A DNA stretch of 63,994 nucleotides, the filler included, from an uncultured bacterium (GTDB lineage: Bacteria; CAYJOG01): assembly GCA_964371695.1 (NCBI GenBank). It is 8 parts of 8 records of this genome, joined end to end, with 100 filler letters (N's around TTAATTAATTAA, not from the genome) between each part and the next. Parts side by side here need not be neighbours in the genome. Positions count along the whole stretch, not along the records: positions 16,884 to 25,182 come from CAYJOG010000103.1; positions 25,283 to 33,534 come from CAYJOG010000104.1; 6 more parts are not named here. One strand, 5' to 3'. Below the pieces are notes generated by a model that was not told the origin of the DNA, ran no database searches, and worked only from the letters and a program-made list of their open reading frames with translations. A program made the translations under genes and the position numbers. Within the stretch, counting starts at the first letter, position 1, and every line of letters begins with the position of its first letter. This document shows positions 19,196-28,445 of this stretch, piece by piece.

Positions 19196-20227
19196 TTACT
19201 GCAAGAGAGACAGTCTTTCTTCTGGGGTGATGATATGAGATATACGCACGCCGAAATTTTCCTCCACGACAACGACTTCGCCTTTGGCGAAGAGTCTACC
19301 ATTGACCAGGATGCTGACGGGTTCGCCATGCACCTGATCAAGTTCCACGATGGACCCGGAACCGAGATCCATGATTTTTTCTATTTCCAGCCGGGTTTTG
19401 CCCAGCACCACGGTGATTTTGAGCGGGATGTCGAGCAGGCGGCCCAGATTGGCGTCAACCCCTTCGGGAAGGGTAAAGACTGGAGCGGTCACGGCCACAC
19501 GTCCGCCACCACCGCCAGCGGGCGCAGGGGCGGCGGCCTCGGCGGCGGCCTTGGGGGCGGGCGGCGCCTGGGGTGGGGCCTCGGTGAGGGCCTTGACGGC
19601 GGCGGCGGAGAGAATGCTCATGGCGCGGGTCGTTTCCGCGCCTTCTACCGACAGGTCGTATTGCACCACCGCGAGGTTTTCAGACCCCGCCATTTTGGCC
19701 AGTTCGTCCTTGATGTCCGCCATCGTGCCCCGCAGATAATTGGGACCGCCGCTGGCGATGGTTTTGCTGGACTCCACCGAGAGGGTGGTGACCATGGTGC
19801 CACAGAAGGTTTCCATGAGGGACTCATAGGCGCTCTGGCCCATGTCGCTCAGGTCGGCGGGGGCGCTGTCGGCCCCGGGGTTCACCATCTGCTCGGCCAT
19901 GTACGACGCCAAAGGCATGGGAATGGCCATGAGGTGGATGAATTTCTTTTTGAGCGTGATGGGACAGGTGATGGACGCGAACATCTCCTCAAAACGATCG
20001 GCGATGGAATCGGGCGTGGTGCTTTCCACTGCCACGTGGCTGGCTGCCGTGTTGCGCCCGATCATGGTGGTGAGCGTTTCGCACCCGGCGTTGATGGCCT
20101 TGGTGATCATGCTGGTGAAACTGTCCCGCTCACCGTCGTCCATGGTCTTCGCTTCTTCTTCGAGAAGCTCTTCATCCACCGACAACAACGCGTCGATTTC
20201 GTCTTGTGTCAAACCACCTTCTTCCAT
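19196..20227 (-). CDS. fliY: Flagellar switch protein FliY/FliN (CheC-like plus SpoA domain)
   Basis: LTQDEIDALL CheY-binding peptide; C-terminal LLDIPLKITVVLG...GEVVVVEENFGVRI. Confidence 0.85.
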   Translation of the reverse strand: MEEGGLTQDEIDALLSVDEELLEEEAKTMDDGERDSFTSMITKAINAGCETLTTMIGRNTAASHVAVESTTPDSIADRFEEMFASITCPITLKKKFIHLMAIPMPLASYMAEQMVNPGADSAPADLSDMGQSAYESLMETFCGTMVTTLSVESSKTIASGGPNYLRGTMADIKDELAKMAGSENLAVVQYDLSVEGAETTRAMSILSAAAVKALTEAPPQAPPAPKAAAEAAAPAPAGGGGGRVAVTAPVFTLPEGVDANLGRLLDIPLKITVVLGKTRLEIEKIMDLGSGSIVELDQVHGEPVSILVNGRLFAKGEVVVVEENFGVRISHIITPEERLSLLQ

Positions 20228-21216
20228 CAGCTCACCTCCTCCGCCAAAGATGCCTTGGAGGTTAGCTGAACTGCCACAAACTTTCCTGATTTACCTGGCT
20301 TGCCGTGGAACTTGAGGCGGTCGCCCAGATAGACGGGCAGGTGATCCGCTGCGGCGCGGTCCAGACGCAGAACATCTCCTGCGTCCATGGTAAGTAGGTC
20401 TCTAAGCAATACGGCGGTTTCTCCGAGGTGTACGCTAACCGGCAATTGATGCACCTTCAAGCGCTTTTCCAGTGCGTCCTGACTTTCGCGTGAAAGTTTC
20501 TTTTTGCTCGACGTGAAAAAATGCTGCGCGCTCAGCTTGTGCAGAATCGGTTCCAGCGTGAGATAAGGCAGACACAGCGTCATCACGCCGTTGTTTTCGC
20601 CGATGGTGGCCTCGAAGCTGATAAGCACTACCATGCTGCTGGGACTGGCGATCTGCACAAACTGCGGGTTGCTTTCAATTTTTTCCATCTTGGGATTGAG
20701 GCTGATGATGGCCGCCCAGCTTTCGCGCAAAAAGTTATACGCATCCACCAGCACGCCGCGCATCAGGCCCTCTTCGATATCGGTGAGTTCGCGGATTTTG
20801 CCCACCTTGCCGGGACCCCCCAGCAGGCGATCCAGCAGCGGAAAGGCGATCATGGGGTTGATCTCCAGCACCGCCGTGCCCTCCAGCGGACTGAGGCTGA
20901 ACAGCGACACGATGGAGGGGTTGGAAATGGACCGGATGTATTCGTCAAAGGTGAGCTGATCCACACTCACCACTTCGATTTTGCACAACGACCGCAGCTT
21001 GCCCGACAGGTTGTTGGACAACAGCCGTGCGAACGTGTCGTGCAGCATTTGCAGGGTGCGGGTCTGTTCCTTGGCGAATTTGTTGGGGCGCTTGAAATCA
21101 TAGACTTTCACAGGACGCTCTTTCTCGTCCTTTTTCATCTGGTTGATGTCCACGTCCTCCTGCTGAATGGCCCGGAGGAGGGCATCAATTTCGCTTTGTG
21201 AAAGTATTTCCGCCAA
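20227..21216 (-). CDS. fliM: Flagellar switch protein FliM
   Basis: LSQSEIDALL, YDFKRPNKF, DRLLGGPG, ESNPQF. Confidence 0.96.
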   Translation of the reverse strand: MAEILSQSEIDALLRAIQQEDVDINQMKKDEKERPVKVYDFKRPNKFAKEQTRTLQMLHDTFARLLSNNLSGKLRSLCKIEVVSVDQLTFDEYIRSISNPSIVSLFSLSPLEGTAVLEINPMIAFPLLDRLLGGPGKVGKIRELTDIEEGLMRGVLVDAYNFLRESWAAIISLNPKMEKIESNPQFVQIASPSSMVVLISFEATIGENNGVMTLCLPYLTLEPILHKLSAQHFFTSSKKKLSRESQDALEKRLKVHQLPVSVHLGETAVLLRDLLTMDAGDVLRLDRAAADHLPVYLGDRLKFHGKPGKSGKFVAVQLTSKASLAEEVS

Positions 21217-21255
21217 GGTGGGTTGTCTCCTTAAAACAACGGGGGTCAGGCCCTG

Positions 21256-22008
21256 TCAGTCAATGACAAAGTCCTGGAAAATGATGTCGCGCAAACGGAA
21301 GCGGTTTTCGGGGTCTCGTTGAAGGCCTTCGTTGATTTTAGTCACCATGGCCTGACGCACAAACTCGATGGTGCGCGCCTTGCCACCGTCATCGGGCAGT
21401 GTGTACTTGGCCGTCGTCTTGTCGTAATCCACCTGCGCGAAGAAAAACTGCACCGCCTGCTGAATGTCGGGCGCATAGGCCTGGAACCATTCCGGCGCCT
21501 GACCGAAGGTGCCCGCAGGTCCGCCGCCATGACCGCCGCCTTCTGCCGCTTTTTCCTCTTTACCGCCACTGGCGGCATGGCCCATTTCCTCGGCCACTTC
21601 CTTGTCCACCACCACCAGCACGGTGAGGCGGGCGAAGTTGCCACGGCCCACGTTCAGCGTCATGGGCTGTGGCGGCGTGGCGAGGTAATATTTTTCTGTT
21701 TTCTGGCTGGAGTGAAAACCGGGCAGTTCCACGCCTTCCACCTTGAACTCGCGGTTGTTCAGCGCCACGATCATTTCGCCCTGCTTCTTGGCCAGGGCCT
21801 CCAGGCTTTCGCGCAGTTCCTCGGTGCCCTTGTTGTCGCCGCCCTTGCCGCCGGACATGAACACCACCACCACGATCACCACGGTGCTGACGATGGTGGG
21901 CAAAAACGCGCCCATGTTCACGCCGCCGCCGGGCAGCTTGAGCTTTTTCTTTTTGGCCGGGGCGCCACCGCCGTCGTCCAGGTTATCTAACAGATCGTCT
22001 TCGGCCAT
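21256..22008 (-). CDS. fliL: Flagellar basal-body protein FliL-like
   Basis: KKKK + TM helix, MTLNV, C-terminal IIFQDFVID; upstream of fliM; AAGGAGG RBS. Confidence 0.7.
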   Translation of the reverse strand: MAEDDLLDNLDDGGGAPAKKKKLKLPGGGVNMGAFLPTIVSTVVIVVVVFMSGGKGGDNKGTEELRESLEALAKKQGEMIVALNNREFKVEGVELPGFHSSQKTEKYYLATPPQPMTLNVGRGNFARLTVLVVVDKEVAEEMGHAASGGKEEKAAEGGGHGGGPAGTFGQAPEWFQAYAPDIQQAVQFFFAQVDYDKTTAKYTLPDDGGKARTIEFVRQAMVTKINEGLQRDPENRFRLRDIIFQDFVID

Positions 22009-22024
22009 GGTGCCTCCTTCGGGG

Positions 22025-22252
22025 TTAAACGGAGTCTTCGGGGTAGAACTTCTTGACGGTGATGCCTGAGAAAATATAGCGCTTGAATTCTGCCACCTGT
22101 TCAACGATGTCGCGGACGGATTCTCGCACAAGAATCTGGCGTCCGGTTGTGAGGGTGATCACGGTGTTGTCCACTTTTGGCTCGATGAGTTCGATGAGGT
22201 CGGTGTTGATGACCACCGCGTCGCCTTTATTGAAACGGGTGAGTTGAATCAT
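22025..22252 (-). CDS. flbD: Flagellar FlbD/SwrD family protein
   Basis: MIQLTRFN...INTDLIELIE...TVITLTTG...VRES. Confidence 0.9.
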   Translation of the reverse strand: MIQLTRFNKGDAVVINTDLIELIEPKVDNTVITLTTGRQILVRESVRDIVEQVAEFKRYIFSGITVKKFYPEDSV

Positions 22253-22269
22253 TTGGGCAGCAGGGCGCA

Positions 22270-22298
22270 ACTATACCAACGGGGGTGGGGTGTGTCTA
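22270..22298 (-). promoter_or_regulatory. Sigma70/A-type promoter for flbD-fliL-fliM...
   Basis: TAGACA-17 nt-TATAGT with TG at the extended -10 position, just after the flgE terminator. Confidence 0.6.
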
Positions 22299-22312
22299 TT
22301 GTCCACTTTCAC

Positions 22313-22337
22313 AAAAAAGGGGGCCTTTCGGCCCCCT
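22313..22337 (-). terminator. Intrinsic terminator after flgE
   Basis: AGGGGGCC-GAAA-GGCCCCCT followed by a T run. Confidence 0.85.
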
Positions 22338-22361
22338 CAATGTCAAGGTCTGCTTAAATTG

Positions 22362-24380
22362 TTACCGCTTCAGGGCGATCAGTTCCTGGAGCATTTCGTC
22401 GGACGTGGTGATGGTGCGGGCGTTGGCCTGAAAACCACGCTGGGTGATGATCATGCTGGTAAATTCGTTGGACAGATCCACGTTGGATTGCTCCAGCGTG
22501 GCCGCCGCGATTTCACCGGCCCCGCCGATAAGGGCGGGCACCACACGGGCCAGACCGCTGTTATTGGACTGCTGGAACAGCGTGCCGCCGGTTTTGGTGA
22601 GACCTTCGGGGTTGTCGAACACCGCCACGGACAACTGGCCGACTGGGCGGCGCAGGTCGTTGGAATAGATGCCGTTGATGCTGCCAATCTGGTCAATAAA
22701 GTAACTTTCCAGCACACCCAGGGGGTAACCATCCTGGTTGATGGCGGCGGTGGTGAAGTCGCTGGCGTATTGCGTGATGCCCGCGATGAGGTTGTCGGCC
22801 AAGCCCCACTGCAGCGTGACGTTGTTGGTTTTCACCGACTTGCTGCTGATGAGCGAGGTGAACGGCGGCGGGCCGATAGGCTGGCCGATGACGGGCGAAC
22901 CGTCAAAAGTGATCTGCCCCTCCAGGCGGCTGGCGTCCAACAGACCGCTGTTTTCGAAGGTGAAGAAATTGTTGCCGCCGTTGACCGCCAGTGAGTCAAA
23001 GGCGTATTCATCGGCAAACCCGAACTCCGGCCGCCAGTCCCACAGGTTCTTGAACGACACGCCGCCTTTTACGGTGGCGCCCTGGTGCTGGAAGGTCAGT
23101 TGCAGGGTGTGAGAATTGCCCAGGCTGTCAAAGACATCGATGCTGGTTTTGCGCGTGGCGCTGCCCTGCACGAAGCCGTTGATGGAATCGAGGTTGGACG
23201 CTGCGCCGTTGTTGATGGTGGTGATGCCAGCGAAGTTGTTGAAGATGGTGTTGCCCACCTCCTGCGGGTCGTCGGTGCCGTTGTAGTTCAGGGCGATTGC
23301 CGCCCCCAGGCCAAAGTTGAAGTGGGTGTTGAACAGGTCGCGCCCCAGGCTGGTGCCTGCGCCGTCCTGCACGCGAAAGAACTCCTTCACCGTGGCGATG
23401 TCGTCGGTGAGATTTTCGTATTTCAGCGTGCCCTGGCTGCGGGCGTAGTTGCGGATATCCGTGCCGCTGGCGGCGCGCACGCTCAGCATCACGCCGTCGG
23501 TGTCGGGGGGCAGCAACTGGTTGTCCACGGTGAACGCACCATTGTCAAACGCCACGGTCACATTGGCCGTGCCGGTGCTGTCCGCCGAGTCAATCACTTC
23601 CTGAATCCAGCCTTCGAGATCCTTGGCGGTGGTGTTGTTGGTGATGGCGTAATAACGCACGTCGAACTTGCCCACGCTGGCGGGGGCTGCGGGGTTGGCG
23701 TCCAGTTCCACCGCAATTTGCAGCACGTCGCCGGGGCGAATGCCCATGTGAGACGGCTCCGGGCTGGTGCCGTTGTACAGGTCCACCAGAGAGTCGCTCT
23801 CCAGGGCGGGGCCCATGTCGCGGCTGGCGGCGTTGAGGTTGGAACGGAAAATCACCCGCTCGGTGGACTTGGCCTCGATTTTTTCGCCCACGATCAGGTG
23901 CAGGTCGTCAATCGCGCCGGTGGTGTCAATGATGATGTTGTTCGCTTCGTCCACCACTTGGCGGCTCCAGCCCTGCACGCGGAAACCGGCGGGGTTCACC
24001 AGTGTTCCGTCGCGATCAAAATTGAAGTTGCCGTTGCGGGTGTAAAAATTGCTGGTGCCTGATTCCACCACAAAAAAGCCGTTGCCCTGAATGGCCACGT
24101 CGCTCTGGCGGCCCGTGGTTTCGAGCACGCCCTGCACCATGATGTTGTCCACGCTGGCGATTTGTGTGCCAAGACCCACCTGAAGGGGGTTGGTGCCGCC
24201 GCGGGTGGGGCTGGGCTGGCTGGGGCCTCGAAAGGTCTGGCTGATGAGGTCCCCGAAGGTCGCACGGCCAACCTTGAAGCCGTGGGTGTTGACGTTGGCG
24301 ATGTTGTTGCCAATCACGTCCATTTTGGTCTGGTGACTTTTCAGCCCCGAGACACCGGAGAAGAAACTTGATCCTGCCAT
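22362..24380 (-). CDS. flgE: Flagellar hook protein FlgE (long form, 672 aa)
   Basis: GNNIANVNTHGFK, YTRNGNF, VFDSLG, LEQSNVDLSNEF...QRGFQANARTITTSD. Confidence 0.96.
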   Translation of the reverse strand: MAGSSFFSGVSGLKSHQTKMDVIGNNIANVNTHGFKVGRATFGDLISQTFRGPSQPSPTRGGTNPLQVGLGTQIASVDNIMVQGVLETTGRQSDVAIQGNGFFVVESGTSNFYTRNGNFNFDRDGTLVNPAGFRVQGWSRQVVDEANNIIIDTTGAIDDLHLIVGEKIEAKSTERVIFRSNLNAASRDMGPALESDSLVDLYNGTSPEPSHMGIRPGDVLQIAVELDANPAAPASVGKFDVRYYAITNNTTAKDLEGWIQEVIDSADSTGTANVTVAFDNGAFTVDNQLLPPDTDGVMLSVRAASGTDIRNYARSQGTLKYENLTDDIATVKEFFRVQDGAGTSLGRDLFNTHFNFGLGAAIALNYNGTDDPQEVGNTIFNNFAGITTINNGAASNLDSINGFVQGSATRKTSIDVFDSLGNSHTLQLTFQHQGATVKGGVSFKNLWDWRPEFGFADEYAFDSLAVNGGNNFFTFENSGLLDASRLEGQITFDGSPVIGQPIGPPPFTSLISSKSVKTNNVTLQWGLADNLIAGITQYASDFTTAAINQDGYPLGVLESYFIDQIGSINGIYSNDLRRPVGQLSVAVFDNPEGLTKTGGTLFQQSNNSGLARVVPALIGGAGEIAAATLEQSNVDLSNEFTSMIITQRGFQANARTITTSDEMLQELIALKR

Positions 24381-24457
24381 AACTGAAAGCCTCTTTCGTT
24401 TGGATTTGGGTCTTCACACGGCTGCGCAGTCGGCGCAGCCGGTTATTGGGCTTCCCG

Positions 24458-24862
24458 TCAGGGTCCGGCCCATACAAAACTGTCGATGTTCGTGACCACG
24501 CTTTCGCGCATGGCCTGAAGGTCCATCACGGTCACCACGGTGCGGGGCGGCACGCTCACGATAAACGCGTGTTCGTCCATCAGCACCACCGACTCGCGGG
24601 AGCCTTTGCCCTGGGCCTTGTCCACCGCCGTGTTCAGGCGGGTGATGTCTTCCGGCCCCAGTTCAATGCCCCGGTCCTTCAGGCGTTCTTCGGCGTGTTT
24701 GGAAAACCGCACGCCGTCTGGCTGTTGCGTGGTGAGCGCCTCGCGGCGCAGAACATCGGCGAAATCAAGCGTCCGCGCCGGGGGAGTCGCCCCCCCCGTG
24801 CGGTGGTTCGGCGCCTGTTGCGGCTTGCCAACTGGCGCCGAATAAGGTCCGTAAATCATCAT
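24458..24862 (-). CDS. Flagellar operon protein (TIGR02530-like)
   Basis: FSKHAEERLKDRGI, KGSRES, RTVVT, VVTNIDS; between flgD and flgE. Confidence 0.88.
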   Translation of the reverse strand: MMIYGPYSAPVGKPQQAPNHRTGGATPPARTLDFADVLRREALTTQQPDGVRFSKHAEERLKDRGIELGPEDITRLNTAVDKAQGKGSRESVVLMDEHAFIVSVPPRTVVTVMDLQAMRESVVTNIDSFVWAGP

Positions 24863-24881
24863 GGGATTCTCTCGTTTCTCC

Positions 24882-25181
24882 TTAAACCTGTTCCGGCGTA
24901 ATGGAGACGTTGACGATGTTCTTGAGCTTCACGGGGGTGTTGCCCACGTTGATCACCGGCTCGCCTTCGCTCACCGTCACGCTGGTCACCACGCCCTCCA
25001 CCGCGTCGCCATTGTCGTCCACGGCCTTCACGGTTTTGCCGATGAAGTTCACGGCCTGAAGCGTGCTCTGGCCACTGATGAAGCTGGTGAGCGACGTGTT
25101 CAGGTTGGTGGAGGATTCCAGCGCGGTGAGCTGGGCAAGCTGGCCGATGAAGTCCTGGTTGCTGAGCGGATCAAGGGGATC
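24882..25181 (-). CDS. flgD: Flagellar hook-capping protein FlgD (5' truncated; absent from ORF track)
   Basis: Manual translation DPLDPLSNQDFIGQLAQLTALE...AVNFIGKTV...EGVVTSV. Confidence 0.92.
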   Translation of the reverse strand, partial: DPLDPLSNQDFIGQLAQLTALESSTNLNTSLTSFISGQSTLQAVNFIGKTVKAVDDNGDAVEGVVTSVTVSEGEPVINVGNTPVKLKNIVNVSITPEQV

Positions 25182-25282
25182 CNNNNNNNNNNNNNNNNNN
25201 NNNNNNNNNNNNNNNNNNNNNNNNNNTTAATTAATTAANNNNNNNNNNNNNNNNNNNNNNNNNNNNNNNNNNNNNNNNNNNN

Positions 25283-25378
25283 ATGGTGGACATGATCGCC
25301 GCCACCCGCGCCTATGAGGCCAACACCGTGGTCATCGCCAGCAGCAAACGCATGGCGAGCGCGGCGCTGGAAATTTAG
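25283..25378 (+). CDS. flgC: Flagellar rod protein FlgC, C-terminal fragment
   Basis: MVDMIAATRAYEAN...ALEI directly upstream of fliE. Confidence 0.9.
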   Translation: MVDMIAATRAYEANTVVIASSKRMASAALEI

Positions 25379-25393
25379 GGATAATACTTCGTC

Positions 25394-25702
25394 ATGATTT
25401 CACGCCTCCATCCACTCCAAGCCCCAGAAACCGTAATTCCGGTTTTTGCCAAACCTGCGGCCAAGGCTGACCTCGCGCCCCAGGGCAGCTTTGTGGAGGA
25501 GTTGAAAAAGGCGATTCTGGACGTGGACAAATTGCAGAAAACCGCCGACCAGCAGCAGCAGGATCTTGTGCTGGGCAAAGCGCAGTCGCTGCACGAAGTG
25601 ATGCTGGCGCTGGAAAAGGCCTCGGTGGCCATGGAAATGACCCTGGCGGTGCGCACCCTGGTGGTGGACGGTTACCGCGAAATCATGAGGATGCAGGTGT
25701 AA
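25394..25702 (+). CDS. fliE: Hook-basal body protein FliE
   Basis: LHEVMLALEKA...YREIMRMQV. Confidence 0.95.
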   Translation: MISRLHPLQAPETVIPVFAKPAAKADLAPQGSFVEELKKAILDVDKLQKTADQQQQDLVLGKAQSLHEVMLALEKASVAMEMTLAVRTLVVDGYREIMRMQV

Positions 25703-25705
25703 CGG

Positions 25706-27409
25706 GTGCAGGAGAATCTCGCCGCCATACGCCAGCGGGTGCTGGACTTCTGGACGAACAGCCCGCCCATGGTGCGTTACATCACGCTTTCCACCATTGG
25801 CGTGGCGCTGGTGGCGCTCATGGCCGCGGTGGGCTACAGCTATCGCCAGAGTCAGAAACAGGTGATGGTGGCGCTGTTCATGGAACTGGACGCCAAAGAC
25901 GCCATGGCCATCAAGACCAAGCTGGACGATCAGAAGATCCCCTATGAGTTTCGGGACGTGGGAAAGTCCATTTATGTGCCCAAAGAGGTGGTGGTGGGCA
26001 CACGGCTTTCGCTGGCGGCGGAGAACCTGCCCAAAAGCGGCACCATCGGTTATGAACTGATGGATCAGCAGAGTTTCGCCACCACCGACTTTACCCAGCA
26101 GGTGAACCTGCGCCGGGCGCTGGAAGGCGAGCTGTCGCGCACCATCGAGGGGCTGGACGCCGTAGAGAACGCCCGCGTACACATCAGCATGGACGAACCC
26201 AGCCTGTTTGTGGATTCCAGCGAAGCCGCCACGGCCACCGTGGCGCTGAAGCTCAAACCCAAAATGGTGCTGGAAGACGAACAGATCAAATCGGTGGTAC
26301 ACATGGTAAGCCACAGCGTGAAGGGGCTTGTGCCTGATAAGGTCACGGTGGTGGACCAGAAGGGCAATCTGCTCTCGGACGTGCTGAAGGAAGAAGGCAA
26401 TCAAAAGAAGGTGGCCCAGCTCAAAAAGATGCAGATGGAGCTGAAAAACCGTGAGGAAGACCGCCTGCAGGAGAAAGTCCAGAGCATGCTTGAAAAAGCC
26501 TTTGGCGAAGACAAAGTGGTGACCCGCGTGACGGTGGAAATGGACTTTGACCAGGAACAGAGCGAGGCGGAGATTTATCAGCCGGTGGTGGAAGAAGCGG
26601 GGATTCCCCGCAGCAGCCAGAGCATCAAAGAAGAGTTCACAGGTGTGGGCGCACCCCCCGAAGTGGGCGTGCCGGGCACCACCAGCAACATTCCCGGTTA
26701 CAAGGAAATGGCCCAGGGCAACAATCAATACAAGCGGGCCGAAACCACCACCAACTTTGAAGTGAGCAAAACCGTGACGCGCCGCGAGCGGGACCCCGGC
26801 GTGATTCACCGGGTGTCGGTGGCGGTGATGCTGGACGCGCCCGACCGGGAGTTTGCCCAGGACCGCGTGGCCCTGCTGCGCCAGAACGTGGCCGCCGCCG
26901 GGGGCCTGGACCTGCGCACCCAGCCCCAGGGTCGGGGTGATCAGGTGGACGTGTACAACATGAACTTCAACGACAAATACCAGCGCGATCTGGAGGCCGA
27001 GCGTCTGGCCCAGCAACAGGCCAAACAGCGGCAAATGATGGTGTACACCGGTCTGTTGGTGGGGGGCATTCTGCTGGCGGGTCTGCTCACCATCCTGCTC
27101 ATGCGGGGCCAGAAACTGCCTGAGGTGGTGGAAGAAGCCGAAGAAACCGGTGTGGATCCCTTTCGCCTGGAGCCGGTGGAACTGCCGGTGCAGCCGGTGG
27201 AGCGCGTGGTGGTGTCGCCCTCGGCCATTGAGGTTGAAGCGCGGGATCTCGAAGCCGAACTGGCCGCCGAGGCGGCTTTCCCAGAACCCGCGATGAGTGA
27301 CGAGGAACAGGCCGCCCAGAAGATGCGCGACGCCGTGTTCGGCTTGGTGGACACCAACCCTGAAGCCGCGGCCACCATCATCAAAAACTGGCTGATGGAG
27401 GAGGACTGA
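25706..27409 (+). CDS. fliF: Flagellar MS-ring protein FliF
   Basis: GYELMD, RALEGELSRTI, ARVHI, VTVVDQKG, GVPGTTSN, second TM helix, IKNWL. Confidence 0.96.
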   Translation: MQENLAAIRQRVLDFWTNSPPMVRYITLSTIGVALVALMAAVGYSYRQSQKQVMVALFMELDAKDAMAIKTKLDDQKIPYEFRDVGKSIYVPKEVVVGTRLSLAAENLPKSGTIGYELMDQQSFATTDFTQQVNLRRALEGELSRTIEGLDAVENARVHISMDEPSLFVDSSEAATATVALKLKPKMVLEDEQIKSVVHMVSHSVKGLVPDKVTVVDQKGNLLSDVLKEEGNQKKVAQLKKMQMELKNREEDRLQEKVQSMLEKAFGEDKVVTRVTVEMDFDQEQSEAEIYQPVVEEAGIPRSSQSIKEEFTGVGAPPEVGVPGTTSNIPGYKEMAQGNNQYKRAETTTNFEVSKTVTRRERDPGVIHRVSVAVMLDAPDREFAQDRVALLRQNVAAAGGLDLRTQPQGRGDQVDVYNMNFNDKYQRDLEAERLAQQQAKQRQMMVYTGLLVGGILLAGLLTILLMRGQKLPEVVEEAEETGVDPFRLEPVELPVQPVERVVVSPSAIEVEARDLEAELAAEAAFPEPAMSDEEQAAQKMRDAVFGLVDTNPEAAATIIKNWLMEED

Positions 27410-27410
27410 C

Positions 27411-28445
27411 ATGGCGACCAGGGCTGCTGAAACCGACATGAAACTGGAGAACCTGACCGGCTCACAAAAGGCCGCTGTGCTCATCATCACCCTGGGGCCA
27501 GAGCGATCTGCGGACCTGTTCCAGTATTTCAGCGACGAAGAAATCGAGGCGATCACCCTTCAGATCGCCAACATGCGCAAGGTCTCGCCCGAACTGAAAC
27601 AGTCGGTGCTCGAAGACTTCTACAACATGGCCCTCGCCAAGGACTTCGTGAGCAAGGGCGGCCTGGAATATGCCCGCGAAATCCTGGCCAACGCCCTGGG
27701 CGAGGCCAAGGCCAACATGCTCATCAACCGCCTCTCCAGCATCATCGAGGTGGTTCCCTTCGACTTTCTGCGCAAGACCGACCCGGCCCAGTTGCTCAAC
27801 TTCATTCAGAACGAGCACCCCCAGACCATCGCCCTGGTGGTGGCCTATATGGACAGCATTCAGGCGGGTCAGGTGCTGGGTGGGCTGCCCCAGGAACTTC
27901 AGGTGGACGTGAGCCGCCGCCTGGCCCAGATGGAGCGCACCTCGCCTGAAGTGATTCACGAGGTGGAAAAAGTGTTGGAGAAAAAACTCGCCGCCGTCAT
28001 GAGTCATGACTATGCCAAGGCGGGCGGCGTGAAAAGTCTGGTGGAAATCCTCAACCGCGTGGACCGATCCACGGAAAAACAGATTCTGGAGCGCCTGGAA
28101 GAAGAAGACCCGGAACTGGCCGACGAAGTGCGCAAGCTGATGTTCGTGTTCGAGGACATCGTGCTGCTGGGAGACCGGGATATTCAGCGGGTGGTGAAGG
28201 AAACCGACAAAAACGACCTGTCGCTCTCGCTGAAAGGCTCTACCCCCGAAGTGCAGGAAATCGTGTTCCGCAACATGAGCAAGCGCGCCGCCGCCGACCT
28301 GAAGGACGACATGGATTTCATGGGCCCGGTGCGCGTCAAAGACGTGGAAGAAGCCCAGTCGCGTATCGTGGGTGTGATCCGCCGCCTTGAAGATGCAGGT
28401 GAGATTGTGGTATCAAGGGGTGGCACTGATGAAATTATTGGGTAA
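27411..28445 (+). CDS. fliG: Flagellar rotor protein FliG
   Basis: QKAAVLIITLG, EHPQTIAL, MFVFEDI, GPVRVKDVEEAQ. Confidence 0.97.
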   Translation: MATRAAETDMKLENLTGSQKAAVLIITLGPERSADLFQYFSDEEIEAITLQIANMRKVSPELKQSVLEDFYNMALAKDFVSKGGLEYAREILANALGEAKANMLINRLSSIIEVVPFDFLRKTDPAQLLNFIQNEHPQTIALVVAYMDSIQAGQVLGGLPQELQVDVSRRLAQMERTSPEVIHEVEKVLEKKLAAVMSHDYAKAGGVKSLVEILNRVDRSTEKQILERLEEEDPELADEVRKLMFVFEDIVLLGDRDIQRVVKETDKNDLSLSLKGSTPEVQEIVFRNMSKRAAADLKDDMDFMGPVRVKDVEEAQSRIVGVIRRLEDAGEIVVSRGGTDEIIG

